Source: Thermoplasmatota archaeon (GTDB lineage: Archaea; Thermoplasmatota; Penumbrarchaeia; Penumbrarchaeales; Penumbrarchaeaceae). From it: 64,000 nt of DNA. The translations under genes were made by a program, and so were the position numbers. The stretch spans positions 355 to 64,354 of the forward strand of contig JAWOCK010000038.1 in assembly GCA_046483845.1 (NCBI GenBank), read 5' to 3'. The notes beneath the pieces are model-generated. The model saw only the letters and a list, made by a program, of their open reading frames with translations. It searched no databases and was not told the origin of the DNA. This document shows, in pieces, positions 56,491 through 64,000 of the stretch (position 1 is the first letter of the stretch; every line of letters starts with the position of its first letter).

Positions 56491-57940
56491 CGATCCTCTG
56501 AACCTTTATCTTGCCGCCCATGAGATCGAAGAGCTCATCGCTTCCGAAATGCGCGTCCACCACCGCATTTATCTCCAGGGCATCATTCACCTTGTCCTTG
56601 ACGGCCTTTTTCAGCTTCTCACTGTCATATCCTTTCATGGGGGACACCCTGATCTTGAGCACATCGAGGTCCGACGGGTCGTTGTTCCTCTTCTCTATGG
56701 AGACCTGCCACTCGTCCACACCCTCCATCGATGGCATGATATCGAAGAAAACGTTGAGGTTCAGAAGTGTTCCCTTCACCTTCGTCAGCTCCAGTTTGCG
56801 GGAATAATCTCGGATACGGCCTATGGGCCCAACAAGTCTGGGCCCCTCCCTTCCGCAGTGGGGGCACTTGCCGTATCGTATGCCCCCTTCGAATATGTCG
56901 CCGATGAGGAACCTGCACAGTACCGTACCCCTTCCGTCTATGTTCGTCACCGCCAGTGCTCCACTTTCCCCGGGTCTTTTCTGCTTCCCGGTCTCCGGGT
57001 CCACTATCTCGCATATGTGAAGATTGGGATGAACATGGAAGGAGTACGATCCCGGTCTGCATTCGGCATAGGCATCCCTCATCTCGGTGGTGCCGTATGC
57101 ATTGAATATGAACGGGTCCGGTGCACCTCGCTCGTTAAGTATCTCCTTCATCTTCTTCCTGGTGTTCTCTGTTAGCTTCTCTCCAGCCGTGAGTATATAG
57201 TTGACGGAGGAAAGGTCCACCTCCAGCTCCTGTGCCTTTCTAAGCAGATGGTAGATGTAGGAAGGTATGCCTATCAGTATGTTGGCGTCCACCATTGTCA
57301 GGACCTCCAGGGTCTTCTCGGTGGAGGTCACGGTCCCGCCGCCTGTATGGAACATCCTGAGAGGCGAGTGGAGATTGACGAAGTAGACGAAGATGAAGGC
57401 CAGGTGCGGTGCGAAGGGGAAGGTGTTCAGTATGACCGAATCCGGGTCGAACCCAATTATGTCCTCAAGCGAGGCATAGGCGTTGGAGAACTGTCTTATG
57501 TCCCTGTGGGTCAACATGAAGGGGACATTGTTCCCCGTGGTCCCGGAGGTGGCTATCATGAAGGTGGGATAGTAATCCGATCTCAAGGTCTCCTTCACAT
57601 CGCCCTTTATCATATCCTTGAGCTTCATCTGCACCAACCTGGACCTGGGCCAATGTTTCTTTATCTTCTCCAGATCGGGCTGGAGTATGAAGTCCTTGTA
57701 CCTCTTCGGATGAGCGGAGGTGGGCATTATGTCCTCCTTGCGGGTCAACGGTACCTTCTCCAGGTCCCTTACCGTGCGGATGCTGAACGGGTCAATGGAA
57801 CTGTCGTCGAAGAGCTTCCTGTAGAAGGGGGAGAAAGGATAGAGCTGATACCTTATGAACTCCCTTAACTTCCTCTCCTGGGTCCTGGATACCTCCTGGC
57901 TGCTCATGTTATAATATCTCTCGATCGGATCGAAGTCCAA
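56468..57940 (-). CDS. Phenylacetate-CoA ligase family adenylate-forming enzyme (PaaK/coenzyme F390 synthetase-like).
   Basis: The AMP-binding motif is MIATSGTTGNNVPFMLTHRD. The overall ANL architecture is ~490 aa. The region YGTTEM is present. Confidence 0.8.
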   Translation of the reverse strand: MDFDPIERYYNMSSQEVSRTQERKLREFIRYQLYPFSPFYRKLFDDSSIDPFSIRTVRDLEKVPLTRKEDIMPTSAHPKRYKDFILQPDLEKIKKHWPRSRLVQMKLKDMIKGDVKETLRSDYYPTFMIATSGTTGNNVPFMLTHRDIRQFSNAYASLEDIIGFDPDSVILNTFPFAPHLAFIFVYFVNLHSPLRMFHTGGGTVTSTEKTLEVLTMVDANILIGIPSYIYHLLRKAQELEVDLSSVNYILTAGEKLTENTRKKMKEILNERGAPDPFIFNAYGTTEMRDAYAECRPGSYSFHVHPNLHICEIVDPETGKQKRPGESGALAVTNIDGRGTVLCRFLIGDIFEGGIRYGKCPHCGREGPRLVGPIGRIRDYSRKLELTKVKGTLLNLNVFFDIMPSMEGVDEWQVSIEKRNNDPSDLDVLKIRVSPMKGYDSEKLKKAVKDKVNDALEINAVVDAHFGSDELFDLMGGKIKVQRIVDNRPED

Positions 57941-58002
57941 GCTGCTTCCTCCTGGAAGGGACGTTGTCTAGAGGTAGAGCTGATAATTAACGATTGTTCC
58001 AA

Positions 58003-59451
58003 CTAATTCCTGCGGTAGGCAGACTGCACCTTGTCCACATCGTAGACCCCGGTTATCATGCCGTCATCTCCCAGTATCGTCGAGGAGGATACCACCACAA
58101 CCTTCTCCTCGGGAGAGACAAGGCCCATGTCCAGTACGGCCTTGACGGAGCTCATGATCCTTTGCTCCAGGTCATCCTTGTCTATTCCATCGGAGAACAA
58201 CGGTGCCGCTCCCCATACCAGGGCCATCTCCCTGGCGGTCCTCCTGTTAGGCGTTATTGCCAGTATGGACCTATTGGGCCTGTACTTTGATATCATCCTG
58301 GCCGAATGTCCCGTATCGGTCACCGCAAGCACCTTTCCCGGATAGCCCCTGTCGTTGAACTCCTTGACAAGGGTGAAGCAGGCATGGCCTATGGTCTCAA
58401 CGACGCACCGGGTATCCGAATCGTAGTAATCGGGGTCCCGGTCGGGTAGCTCACCTTCGGCTGCCCGGACTATATTTTTCATGAACTCCAATGCCTTCAT
58501 GGGATGCTTTCCTATGGATGTCTCAGAGGAGAGCATCACCGCATCCGCCCCGTCCAGCACCGCATTGAACACATCGCTGGCCTCTGCCCTGGTGGGCCTT
58601 GAATGCTCCACCATGGATTCCAGCATCTGGGTGGCAACTATGACAGGTATACCTGCCTTGTTGCAGAGCCTGCACATCTCTTTCTGCCAGATGGGTACCT
58701 CGTGAGGTGGTATCTCCACACCCAGATCCCCCCTTGCCACCATAATGCCGTCGGAAACATCTATGATCCCCTGCAGGTTCTTCAGCGCTGAGGGACGTTC
58801 TATCTTTGCGATGAGCCTGATGTCCTCATTTCCGCATTCCTTCAGAAAGCTCCTCACGCTCTCGATGTCTTCGGGGGCGGCCACGAAGGAAACTGCCACG
58901 TATTCGGGGTCCAGTTCTGCGATCACCTCCAGGTCATCCTTGTCGTCCGGTGTAGGTATCTTTATGGAAAGTTTTGCTCCGGGGATATTGCACCCCTTTC
59001 TGTCGGATACGATCCCTCCGGATCTGACAGTGCAGACCAGGTGATCATCTCCCCTATCAGTGACCCTCAGTTTGACGATACCGTCATTGAGGTATATCTC
59101 ATCACCCTCGTCCAGGTCCGAAAGAAGGCCTGGATGGTCTATGGTGAAAATCTTCTCCGTCCCGAGCACCGGCTCGGGGGTCACCCGAACCGTATCTCCC
59201 GCATTCAATCTGACGGGGCGGACCATTGCACCCGTTCTGATCTTGGGGCCCCGGATATCACAGAGGATCGCGGTCTCGGATGAGATCTCCCTGATGTTGC
59301 GGAAGGTTCTTCTGTGTGCCTCATTATCGCCGTGGGAGAAGTTCAACCTGGCAACATCCATGCCTTCTTCGATCAGGGACCTCAGAACGCCATCTCTGTC
59401 GGTGGCAGGTCCCATTGTGCATACGATCTTGGTCTTTCTTGAAAGGTCCAT
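58003..59451 (-). CDS. pyk: Pyruvate kinase.
   Basis: MDLSRKTKIVCTMGPATD, VARLNFSHGD, MVARGDLGVEIP and the C-terminal effector domain are present. Confidence 0.9.
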   Translation of the reverse strand: MDLSRKTKIVCTMGPATDRDGVLRSLIEEGMDVARLNFSHGDNEAHRRTFRNIREISSETAILCDIRGPKIRTGAMVRPVRLNAGDTVRVTPEPVLGTEKIFTIDHPGLLSDLDEGDEIYLNDGIVKLRVTDRGDDHLVCTVRSGGIVSDRKGCNIPGAKLSIKIPTPDDKDDLEVIAELDPEYVAVSFVAAPEDIESVRSFLKECGNEDIRLIAKIERPSALKNLQGIIDVSDGIMVARGDLGVEIPPHEVPIWQKEMCRLCNKAGIPVIVATQMLESMVEHSRPTRAEASDVFNAVLDGADAVMLSSETSIGKHPMKALEFMKNIVRAAEGELPDRDPDYYDSDTRCVVETIGHACFTLVKEFNDRGYPGKVLAVTDTGHSARMISKYRPNRSILAITPNRRTAREMALVWGAAPLFSDGIDKDDLEQRIMSSVKAVLDMGLVSPEEKVVVVSSSTILGDDGMITGVYDVDKVQSAYRRN

Positions 59452-59555
59452 TTCGGGTCCCCCGCTTCAAGATGTCGCACTCGGATATAATCCTGTCTGC
59501 CCGCAGGTGACAACATAGTGCTCCAGGCTCATTTCATCTGAAGGGAAGATGTCTG

Positions 59556-59873
59556 ATGGAAAATCATTATAAACCGGGGGACCCGTATTTATTTCAAGGT
59601 GTTCAGATGAAACCGTACCACCCCATCGGATACAATATACACATAAAGGAACCCGACGATGAGAACCCCGAACCCGAGTATTATCTGGAGTTCGAGGAGG
59701 GTGAACCCGTACCGGAGGAACTGGTCCACGGCAAGGAGGTCGAGGTGCAGATAGATGATGTCTTTCAGATCTTCGGCCACTACAAACATCCTTACCTCAA
59801 TTTCGAAGGTTCCGAACCGGACATGGAAAAGTTGAAGGAGCACACCCCCAAAGAGGTCACTATCTGGTACTGA
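59556..59873 (+). CDS. Small acidic hypothetical protein of 105 aa.
   Basis: The ORF has uniform coding periodicity and no recognisable domain. Confidence 0.35.
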   Translation: MENHYKPGDPYLFQGVQMKPYHPIGYNIHIKEPDDENPEPEYYLEFEEGEPVPEELVHGKEVEVQIDDVFQIFGHYKHPYLNFEGSEPDMEKLKEHTPKEVTIWY

Positions 59874-60390
59874 CATGAACAGGGGCCCTCCGTATTCATT
59901 GGCATATCGATAGGTATCCCTGTCATCCTACGGGGTATTTTAATTTTTAAGCAGTGCATATTAACCGGCACTGGGCCCTTCAAAAGCCCAAATAATGGGC
60001 AATAAGGAGTAGGGAACACATTCGTAATCTTGTTTTTCCAATATGATCTGTCGATGGAGCAAAGAACCTAGATACCATGGAGCATATTGCCCAGCACGGA
60101 AATATGGCCGAAAGAAAAGAGTTGCCCGATATTCCGACATATCTTTCCAAAGTGTGTGTTGTCGAAGTGGGGGGATGAGTTAGCTAAAGTATCCAAACAG
60201 ACAAAAAAGGTAATTGAGCAACTTGAAGTACCTATTACCGAAGAATTGGAACTTTAGGGTTACGAACTGCTGATCTAAAAGAAATATTTAAATATCCTTT
60301 AAAAATAAATTAATTTAAGACTAATATTTTATATACCTACATTTCCACTGGTTTAGACTGCCCATCAAGGCTACGGATGAAAGAGGTGAA

Positions 60391-62319
60391 ATGATGAAAA
60401 AACTTATCGAAATGAAACCGATAATTATGGGTTTTGCCTTGATCACAACATCCTTCATATTTGTTGGTCTGATGACCGATGAAGTGTCTGCAGTGACGCA
60501 TGTGGTGGATAATCTGAACGGACCGATTTACACCATTAATGAAGCTATCGCCGCATCTGGCCCGGGTGATTCCATCATGGTCAATTATGGAACAGGAACG
60601 TACAATGAAAACAATCCTCTGACGATCAATATGCCTTTGACAATAATTGGCCAAATGAACCAGGATAACGAGATACCAACAATAAGTGCGAATAACGCAA
60701 ATAACAATGTGATTTCGATCCTGTCAGGTTGTCCCGTAGTGGTGGAGAATTTCGTTATCACCGGAGCAACCGGAGCATCAGGTGTGTATTCCCAGGTAGC
60801 TGCACACTCCGGTTCTGAGGTTTTAATACAGAACTGTGAGATCACAGAAAACATGAACGGAGTTACTTTCACACAGGATTCTGCCTATAATGTGATAGAT
60901 GATTGTGAGATCCATTTAAACAGTATTTATGGCGTTGAGTATGAAGGTACTAACCATTTGATCGATGATTGCGGATCAACATTCACTGTGGATAGTGGCA
61001 TATATTCAAATGGATATGGTGGAATCCACTCTACATATCTGTTTTATTCGGGTATCGAGGATTCTAATATTTACAACAACGGAATGGATGGAATCGATCT
61101 ATCCAATGCCAATTCTAATAATATTAAGAATGTAGAGATATGGAACAATGATTATAAAGGATTGTCTGTCGTCGGAGATTCCAATACAATGGACGGAATG
61201 ACCAGCAGGGAGATCAAAGATAATAATGGTGCTGCTACCGGTACGGCAAGGGATGTGTTTATCAATGGATATTCCAATACTTTGAAAGGGTATACCATTA
61301 AAAGAAGCAATACAGGGAACTCTAATGACATTGGTGTTGAAACATATAATGCAAACAGCAACAATGCAAATATTGTAAGAAACTGCCAGGTTTACAATTA
61401 TGATGGTGACGATTCGATCGGGTTAAAAATCGATGGGGGAGACGAGGTTCGGGGCAGTTCAACTAAAGTGCATGATAATGAGATCGGAATTCAATTAGGG
61501 TCCGGACTTGTGAATTCAATATTGGATTGTGACAATACCCTTGCTGGAACCGGATCCCACAACATCTATGACAATCAAATTGGTGTATATGTGGATTGCA
61601 AAGGTGCGATCATTCGAGAGACCTATTTTTATTATACGGGAATTTATGGAGCAAATAATCTTGTTGGAATCCGGATCGACAACAACAACAACTATCAATC
61701 CGATGCTGACATTGATGATTGCAAATTTGAAAAGTTGGAAACCGGTATAAAAATATCGGATTCAGATTCCAATTATTATTCGACTGTCGATGAATGTGGA
61801 TTCGAATCAATACCATCCTATGGTATCTATATTGAAAATGGAGGATATGACCAGATCACATCAAGCAGCATCACAAATTGTGATGCAGGAATATACCTAA
61901 AAGGAGACACCACACATACTGTTGATCATGTTGATATCTATGGATGTACTTTTTCAAACACAGTATCTACTGGAGGATCGATGTATACGGGCGTATATGG
62001 TTATCGTTCTAATTATAATACTATTGAATCCTGCACTTTTGATGGATACAATAAAGGTGTATGGTTTAAGAGATATTCAACAGAAAATACAATAGAGGAT
62101 TGTGAGTTTTCGGATGATAGCGATGTATGGGAAGCTACCGGATGGGGACAGAACAATGCTGATATCGGGGTTCTTGTCGAGTACCAATCAAATGGTTTAC
62201 TAATTGACACATGTGATTTTGATGAACAAACATTTGCTATGGGAATATTGGGTACACAATATATATCGATAGATGGAGATGATACTTCAGGTTCTTCAAT
62301 TACTATGCAGGGTCCCTAG
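60391..62319 (+). CDS. Secreted N/D/S/T/G-rich right-handed beta-helix repeat protein (NosD/PbH1-like), in a lower-GC (~41%) region. It may be 3'-truncated at a junction.
   Basis: The signal is MMKKLIEMKPIIMGFALITTSFIFVGLMTDEVSA. Dozens of short beta-helix rungs are present (NCEITEN, DDCEIHLN, IYNNGMDGIDLSN, VHDNEIGIQLG, IYDNQIGVYVD). The ORF ends abruptly with no anchor, directly abutting the aIF2-beta remnant. Confidence 0.7.
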   Translation: MMKKLIEMKPIIMGFALITTSFIFVGLMTDEVSAVTHVVDNLNGPIYTINEAIAASGPGDSIMVNYGTGTYNENNPLTINMPLTIIGQMNQDNEIPTISANNANNNVISILSGCPVVVENFVITGATGASGVYSQVAAHSGSEVLIQNCEITENMNGVTFTQDSAYNVIDDCEIHLNSIYGVEYEGTNHLIDDCGSTFTVDSGIYSNGYGGIHSTYLFYSGIEDSNIYNNGMDGIDLSNANSNNIKNVEIWNNDYKGLSVVGDSNTMDGMTSREIKDNNGAATGTARDVFINGYSNTLKGYTIKRSNTGNSNDIGVETYNANSNNANIVRNCQVYNYDGDDSIGLKIDGGDEVRGSSTKVHDNEIGIQLGSGLVNSILDCDNTLAGTGSHNIYDNQIGVYVDCKGAIIRETYFYYTGIYGANNLVGIRIDNNNNYQSDADIDDCKFEKLETGIKISDSDSNYYSTVDECGFESIPSYGIYIENGGYDQITSSSITNCDAGIYLKGDTTHTVDHVDIYGCTFSNTVSTGGSMYTGVYGYRSNYNTIESCTFDGYNKGVWFKRYSTENTIEDCEFSDDSDVWEATGWGQNNADIGVLVEYQSNGLLIDTCDFDEQTFAMGILGTQYISIDGDDTSGSSITMQGP

Positions 62320-62507
62320 AGGGAAGCCAAGCCAGTTTAAAAGGAAAGTTCCGATCGAACCAAGTTCAAGGGAAACTAAGAGACTACATAAAGAAATACG
62401 TCGTATGCGAAGAATGCAAGAAAGCAGACACCAAGCTAGTTAAATTCAAAGGCACTAGATACAAGAAATGCGAAGCATGCGGAGCCAGATCCCCAGTGAA
62501 GTCACTG
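62283..62507 (+). pseudogene. Start-less C-terminal zinc-ribbon fragment of translation initiation factor aIF2 beta.
   Basis: The open frame with no ATG/GTG/TTG encodes ...LKGKFRSNQVQGKLRDYIKKYVVCEECKKADTKLVKFKGTRYKKCEACGARSPVKSL. The aIF2-beta C-terminal pattern YIxxYVxCxECxxxDT...CxACG is present. Stops immediately upstream in this frame lie at 62205, 62214, 62220, 62223 and 62280. Confidence 0.6.
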
Positions 62508-62517
62508 TAGTGATTAA

Positions 62518-62799
62518 ATGCATTGGATAAACGAGAAAGGAGATATGCTAGCTGCCTGTGACGAAGAGCTTCTTGGCGAAGAAATTGAAGGCGAAGAACT
62601 GTCATTGAAAGTCAACGAAGGATTCTACAAGGGCAGGAAAGTAGACGGAGAGGAATTAGGCCAACTAATAAATAACTACGGGAACATTAACCTAATAGGA
62701 AAAGAAACAGTGGAGATAGCCGAAGGCGAGAAAGGCGAGTTAAGCAAGAAATACATCGGCGAAGTGCCCCACGCTATAATAATAACTATGAGCAGGTGA
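62518..62799 (+). CDS. Hypothetical small acidic protein of 93 aa.
   Basis: The product starts MHWINEKGDMLAACDEELLGEEIEGEELSLKVNEGFYKGRKVDGEELGQL. No domain was recognised. Coding periodicity is uniform. It lies in a translation-factor neighbourhood. Confidence 0.45.
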   Translation: MHWINEKGDMLAACDEELLGEEIEGEELSLKVNEGFYKGRKVDGEELGQLINNYGNINLIGKETVEIAEGEKGELSKKYIGEVPHAIIITMSR

Positions 62800-62803
62800 A
62801 AAA

Positions 62804-63133
62804 ATGGGTAAGAAGAAAAAAGACCAAGAAAACCAAGTTATAAGAGTAAAGACCCCGAGAGATAACCAGGTGATCTGCAAAGTCATCGAAAGACACCGTG
62901 GAAAGAGAATGAGCGTGGAATGTACCGATGGAAACAGGAGAATGTGCAGAGTACCAGGTAAAAAAAGAAGAGGCAGGGCAAAGAAGATGTGGAGAATGAT
63001 CAAAAGCGGTTCCTATGTATTAGTAGAGCCCTGGAGCATAGAAAGCGACGATAAAGGCGATGTAGTTTGGAAATACAGTAACCGAGCTGTTAACTGGCTT
63101 AGAAAAAGAGGTTACTTGAAGGATCTTGAGTAG
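62804..63133 (+). CDS. eif1a: Translation initiation factor 1A (aIF-1A/eIF1A, S1-like OB fold).
   Basis: VIRVKTPRDNQVICKVIERHRGKRMSVECTDGNRRMCRVPGKKRRG...GSYVLVEPWSIESDDKGDVVWKY matches the aIF1A pattern. Confidence 0.85.
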   Translation: MGKKKKDQENQVIRVKTPRDNQVICKVIERHRGKRMSVECTDGNRRMCRVPGKKRRGRAKKMWRMIKSGSYVLVEPWSIESDDKGDVVWKYSNRAVNWLRKRGYLKDLE

Positions 63134-63481
63134 CTAACAAGTTAAATGAAGCACTGCTACGACATCTTTGTCTTCTTCGACCATTTTATTGAATATTCTG
63201 AATGCTCTATCAGTTTTCTTCTTTATTACTTCTACTCCCTGGTTTTCCAGAGCTCTACGGGTCTCTGGAAGCAGGTGAAGTCTTCCTTGAGTTCCTTTAC
63301 CTATTATGAATACTTCTGGTGGTTCCTCTATGATCTTTTCTACGTCTTTCTTGTGTACGGCGTGTCCTTCGTCTCTCCACCATTCTCCTTCGACGTGATC
63401 CGAGTAGATGATGACATCGTCGGTGTATTCCTCTCCATCGATCGTTATTTTCCCGTATTCATAATCGTCTATGTGAACCAT
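63134..63481 (-). CDS. Mth938-like domain protein.
   Basis: The 115-aa product starts MVHIDDYEYGKITIDGEEYTDDVIIYSDHVEGEWWRDEGH...FIIGKGTQGRL. Its length and pattern are typical of the Mth938/DUF498 family. Confidence 0.6.
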   Translation of the reverse strand: MVHIDDYEYGKITIDGEEYTDDVIIYSDHVEGEWWRDEGHAVHKKDVEKIIEEPPEVFIIGKGTQGRLHLLPETRRALENQGVEVIKKKTDRAFRIFNKMVEEDKDVVAVLHLTC

Positions 63482-63603
63482 ACGAGTAAACTAAGGAAAG
63501 CAGTGTAAATAAACCCCCGTGGATATTTTGTAGAAAGGTTTTTGCCAATATTTATAAACAGGGAAATGCAAAAACATAATTACACAATATGGAGGTTATA
63601 GTT

Positions 63604-64000
63604 ATGAGCAAAACAGGCAAACTCGAACAATGGATAGGGGAAATAATCGACAAAGACCCTGAATACAGGAAGAAAGTCATCTTAGATCTCAAGAGCCAGT
63701 CTCAGCAGTTCGAAAAAGCAGTTGGAAAAGCAAAGAAGAATGTTAAAAACATAGGAGAAGCTTACAACGAAGTTCAAAACCTCCCAACTGACCTAAGTAG
63801 AGATAGGACAGGCAGAGCAAATGAACACCTGGATGAAGCTATCTTCAAGTCATCAGTCGCAGATAAAGAACGAAGGAATCTACCTAACCTACCGAAAGAA
63901 GAAAAAAGATTAATGCAAGTCGAAGGAATAGCAAACATGGTACTTAGAAAAGAACGTGAGAAGATGGAGAAAGAGAGAGAAAAGAAAAGAAGAAAATACA
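63604..64000 (+). CDS. Hypothetical K/E-rich protein; the 5' part only, running off the window end.
   Basis: The ATG at 63604 is preceded by GGAGGT 9-10 nt upstream. The product begins MSKTGKLEQWIGEIIDKDPEYRKKVILDLKSQSQQFEKAV. It continues open to position 64000. Confidence 0.45.
   Translation, partial: MSKTGKLEQWIGEIIDKDPEYRKKVILDLKSQSQQFEKAVGKAKKNVKNIGEAYNEVQNLPTDLSRDRTGRANEHLDEAIFKSSVADKERRNLPNLPKEEKRLMQVEGIANMVLRKEREKMEKEREKKRRKY

Noticed and set aside
1-64000. Search for CRISPR arrays, rRNA, tRNA, integrases and transposases
   Set aside because: No direct-repeat arrays, no GGTTCGAATCC-type T-loops in intergenic regions, no DDE or tyrosine-recombinase motifs and no rRNA-like segments were seen by eye. 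A tRNAscan or Infernal run would be needed to be certain.

Overview
This 64-kb window is compositionally and phylogenetically heterogeneous and looks like a chimeric contig, either misassembled or deliberately joined. Three segments can be separated by GC content and gene content. (1) Positions 1 to about 4240 are bacterial-type at roughly 45% GC, with AGGAGG-type RBSs. This segment holds the N-terminus of a heterodisulfide reductase HdrA with an in-frame TGA at a conserved Cys/Sec position, an RlpA lipoprotein with a SPOR domain, an HU/IHF protein, a HIT protein, a radical SAM protein and a start-less C-terminal gene fragment. (2) From about 4240 to about 59,900 the sequence is archaeal-type at roughly 58% GC, with AGA/AGG Arg codons, PGF-CTERM sorting signals and family-specific signatures. 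It begins inside a 5'-truncated sbcD and contains sbcC/rad50, a marR-MATE pair, phosphoglucomutase, an HPS-RraA fusion, mfnA, a KaiC-like ATPase module, Cbf5, PAN, a wHTH-STAND(NB-ARC)-TPR protein translationally coupled to a DUF835-like membrane protein, a GT4 glycosyltransferase, aminopeptidase P, a UbiA prenyltransferase, a CapA-like protein, an apparently inactivated family-B DNA polymerase, tandem flavodoxins, nitroreductases, an orphan beta-class DNA methyltransferase with an extra C-terminal domain, two giant C-terminally anchored surface proteins (beta-helix/cadherin-like and FG-GAP/integrin-like), a PaaK/F390-synthetase-like ligase and pyruvate kinase. (3) From about 59,900 to 64,000 the sequence is archaeal-type at roughly 41% GC. 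It contains a secreted N/D/S/T-rich beta-helix protein, a start-less aIF2-beta zinc-ribbon remnant, aIF1A and an Mth938-like protein. The junctions near 4.2 kb and 62.3 kb both cut genes. No rRNA, tRNA, CRISPR array, transposase or integrase was recognised by eye. The best candidates for an undescribed system are the KaiC/pseudo-KaiC operon at 14.7-18.8 kb and the STAND-TPR/DUF835 pair at 23.5-26.8 kb. The inactivated PolB, the methyltransferase fusion and the Sec-HdrA are further points of interest.
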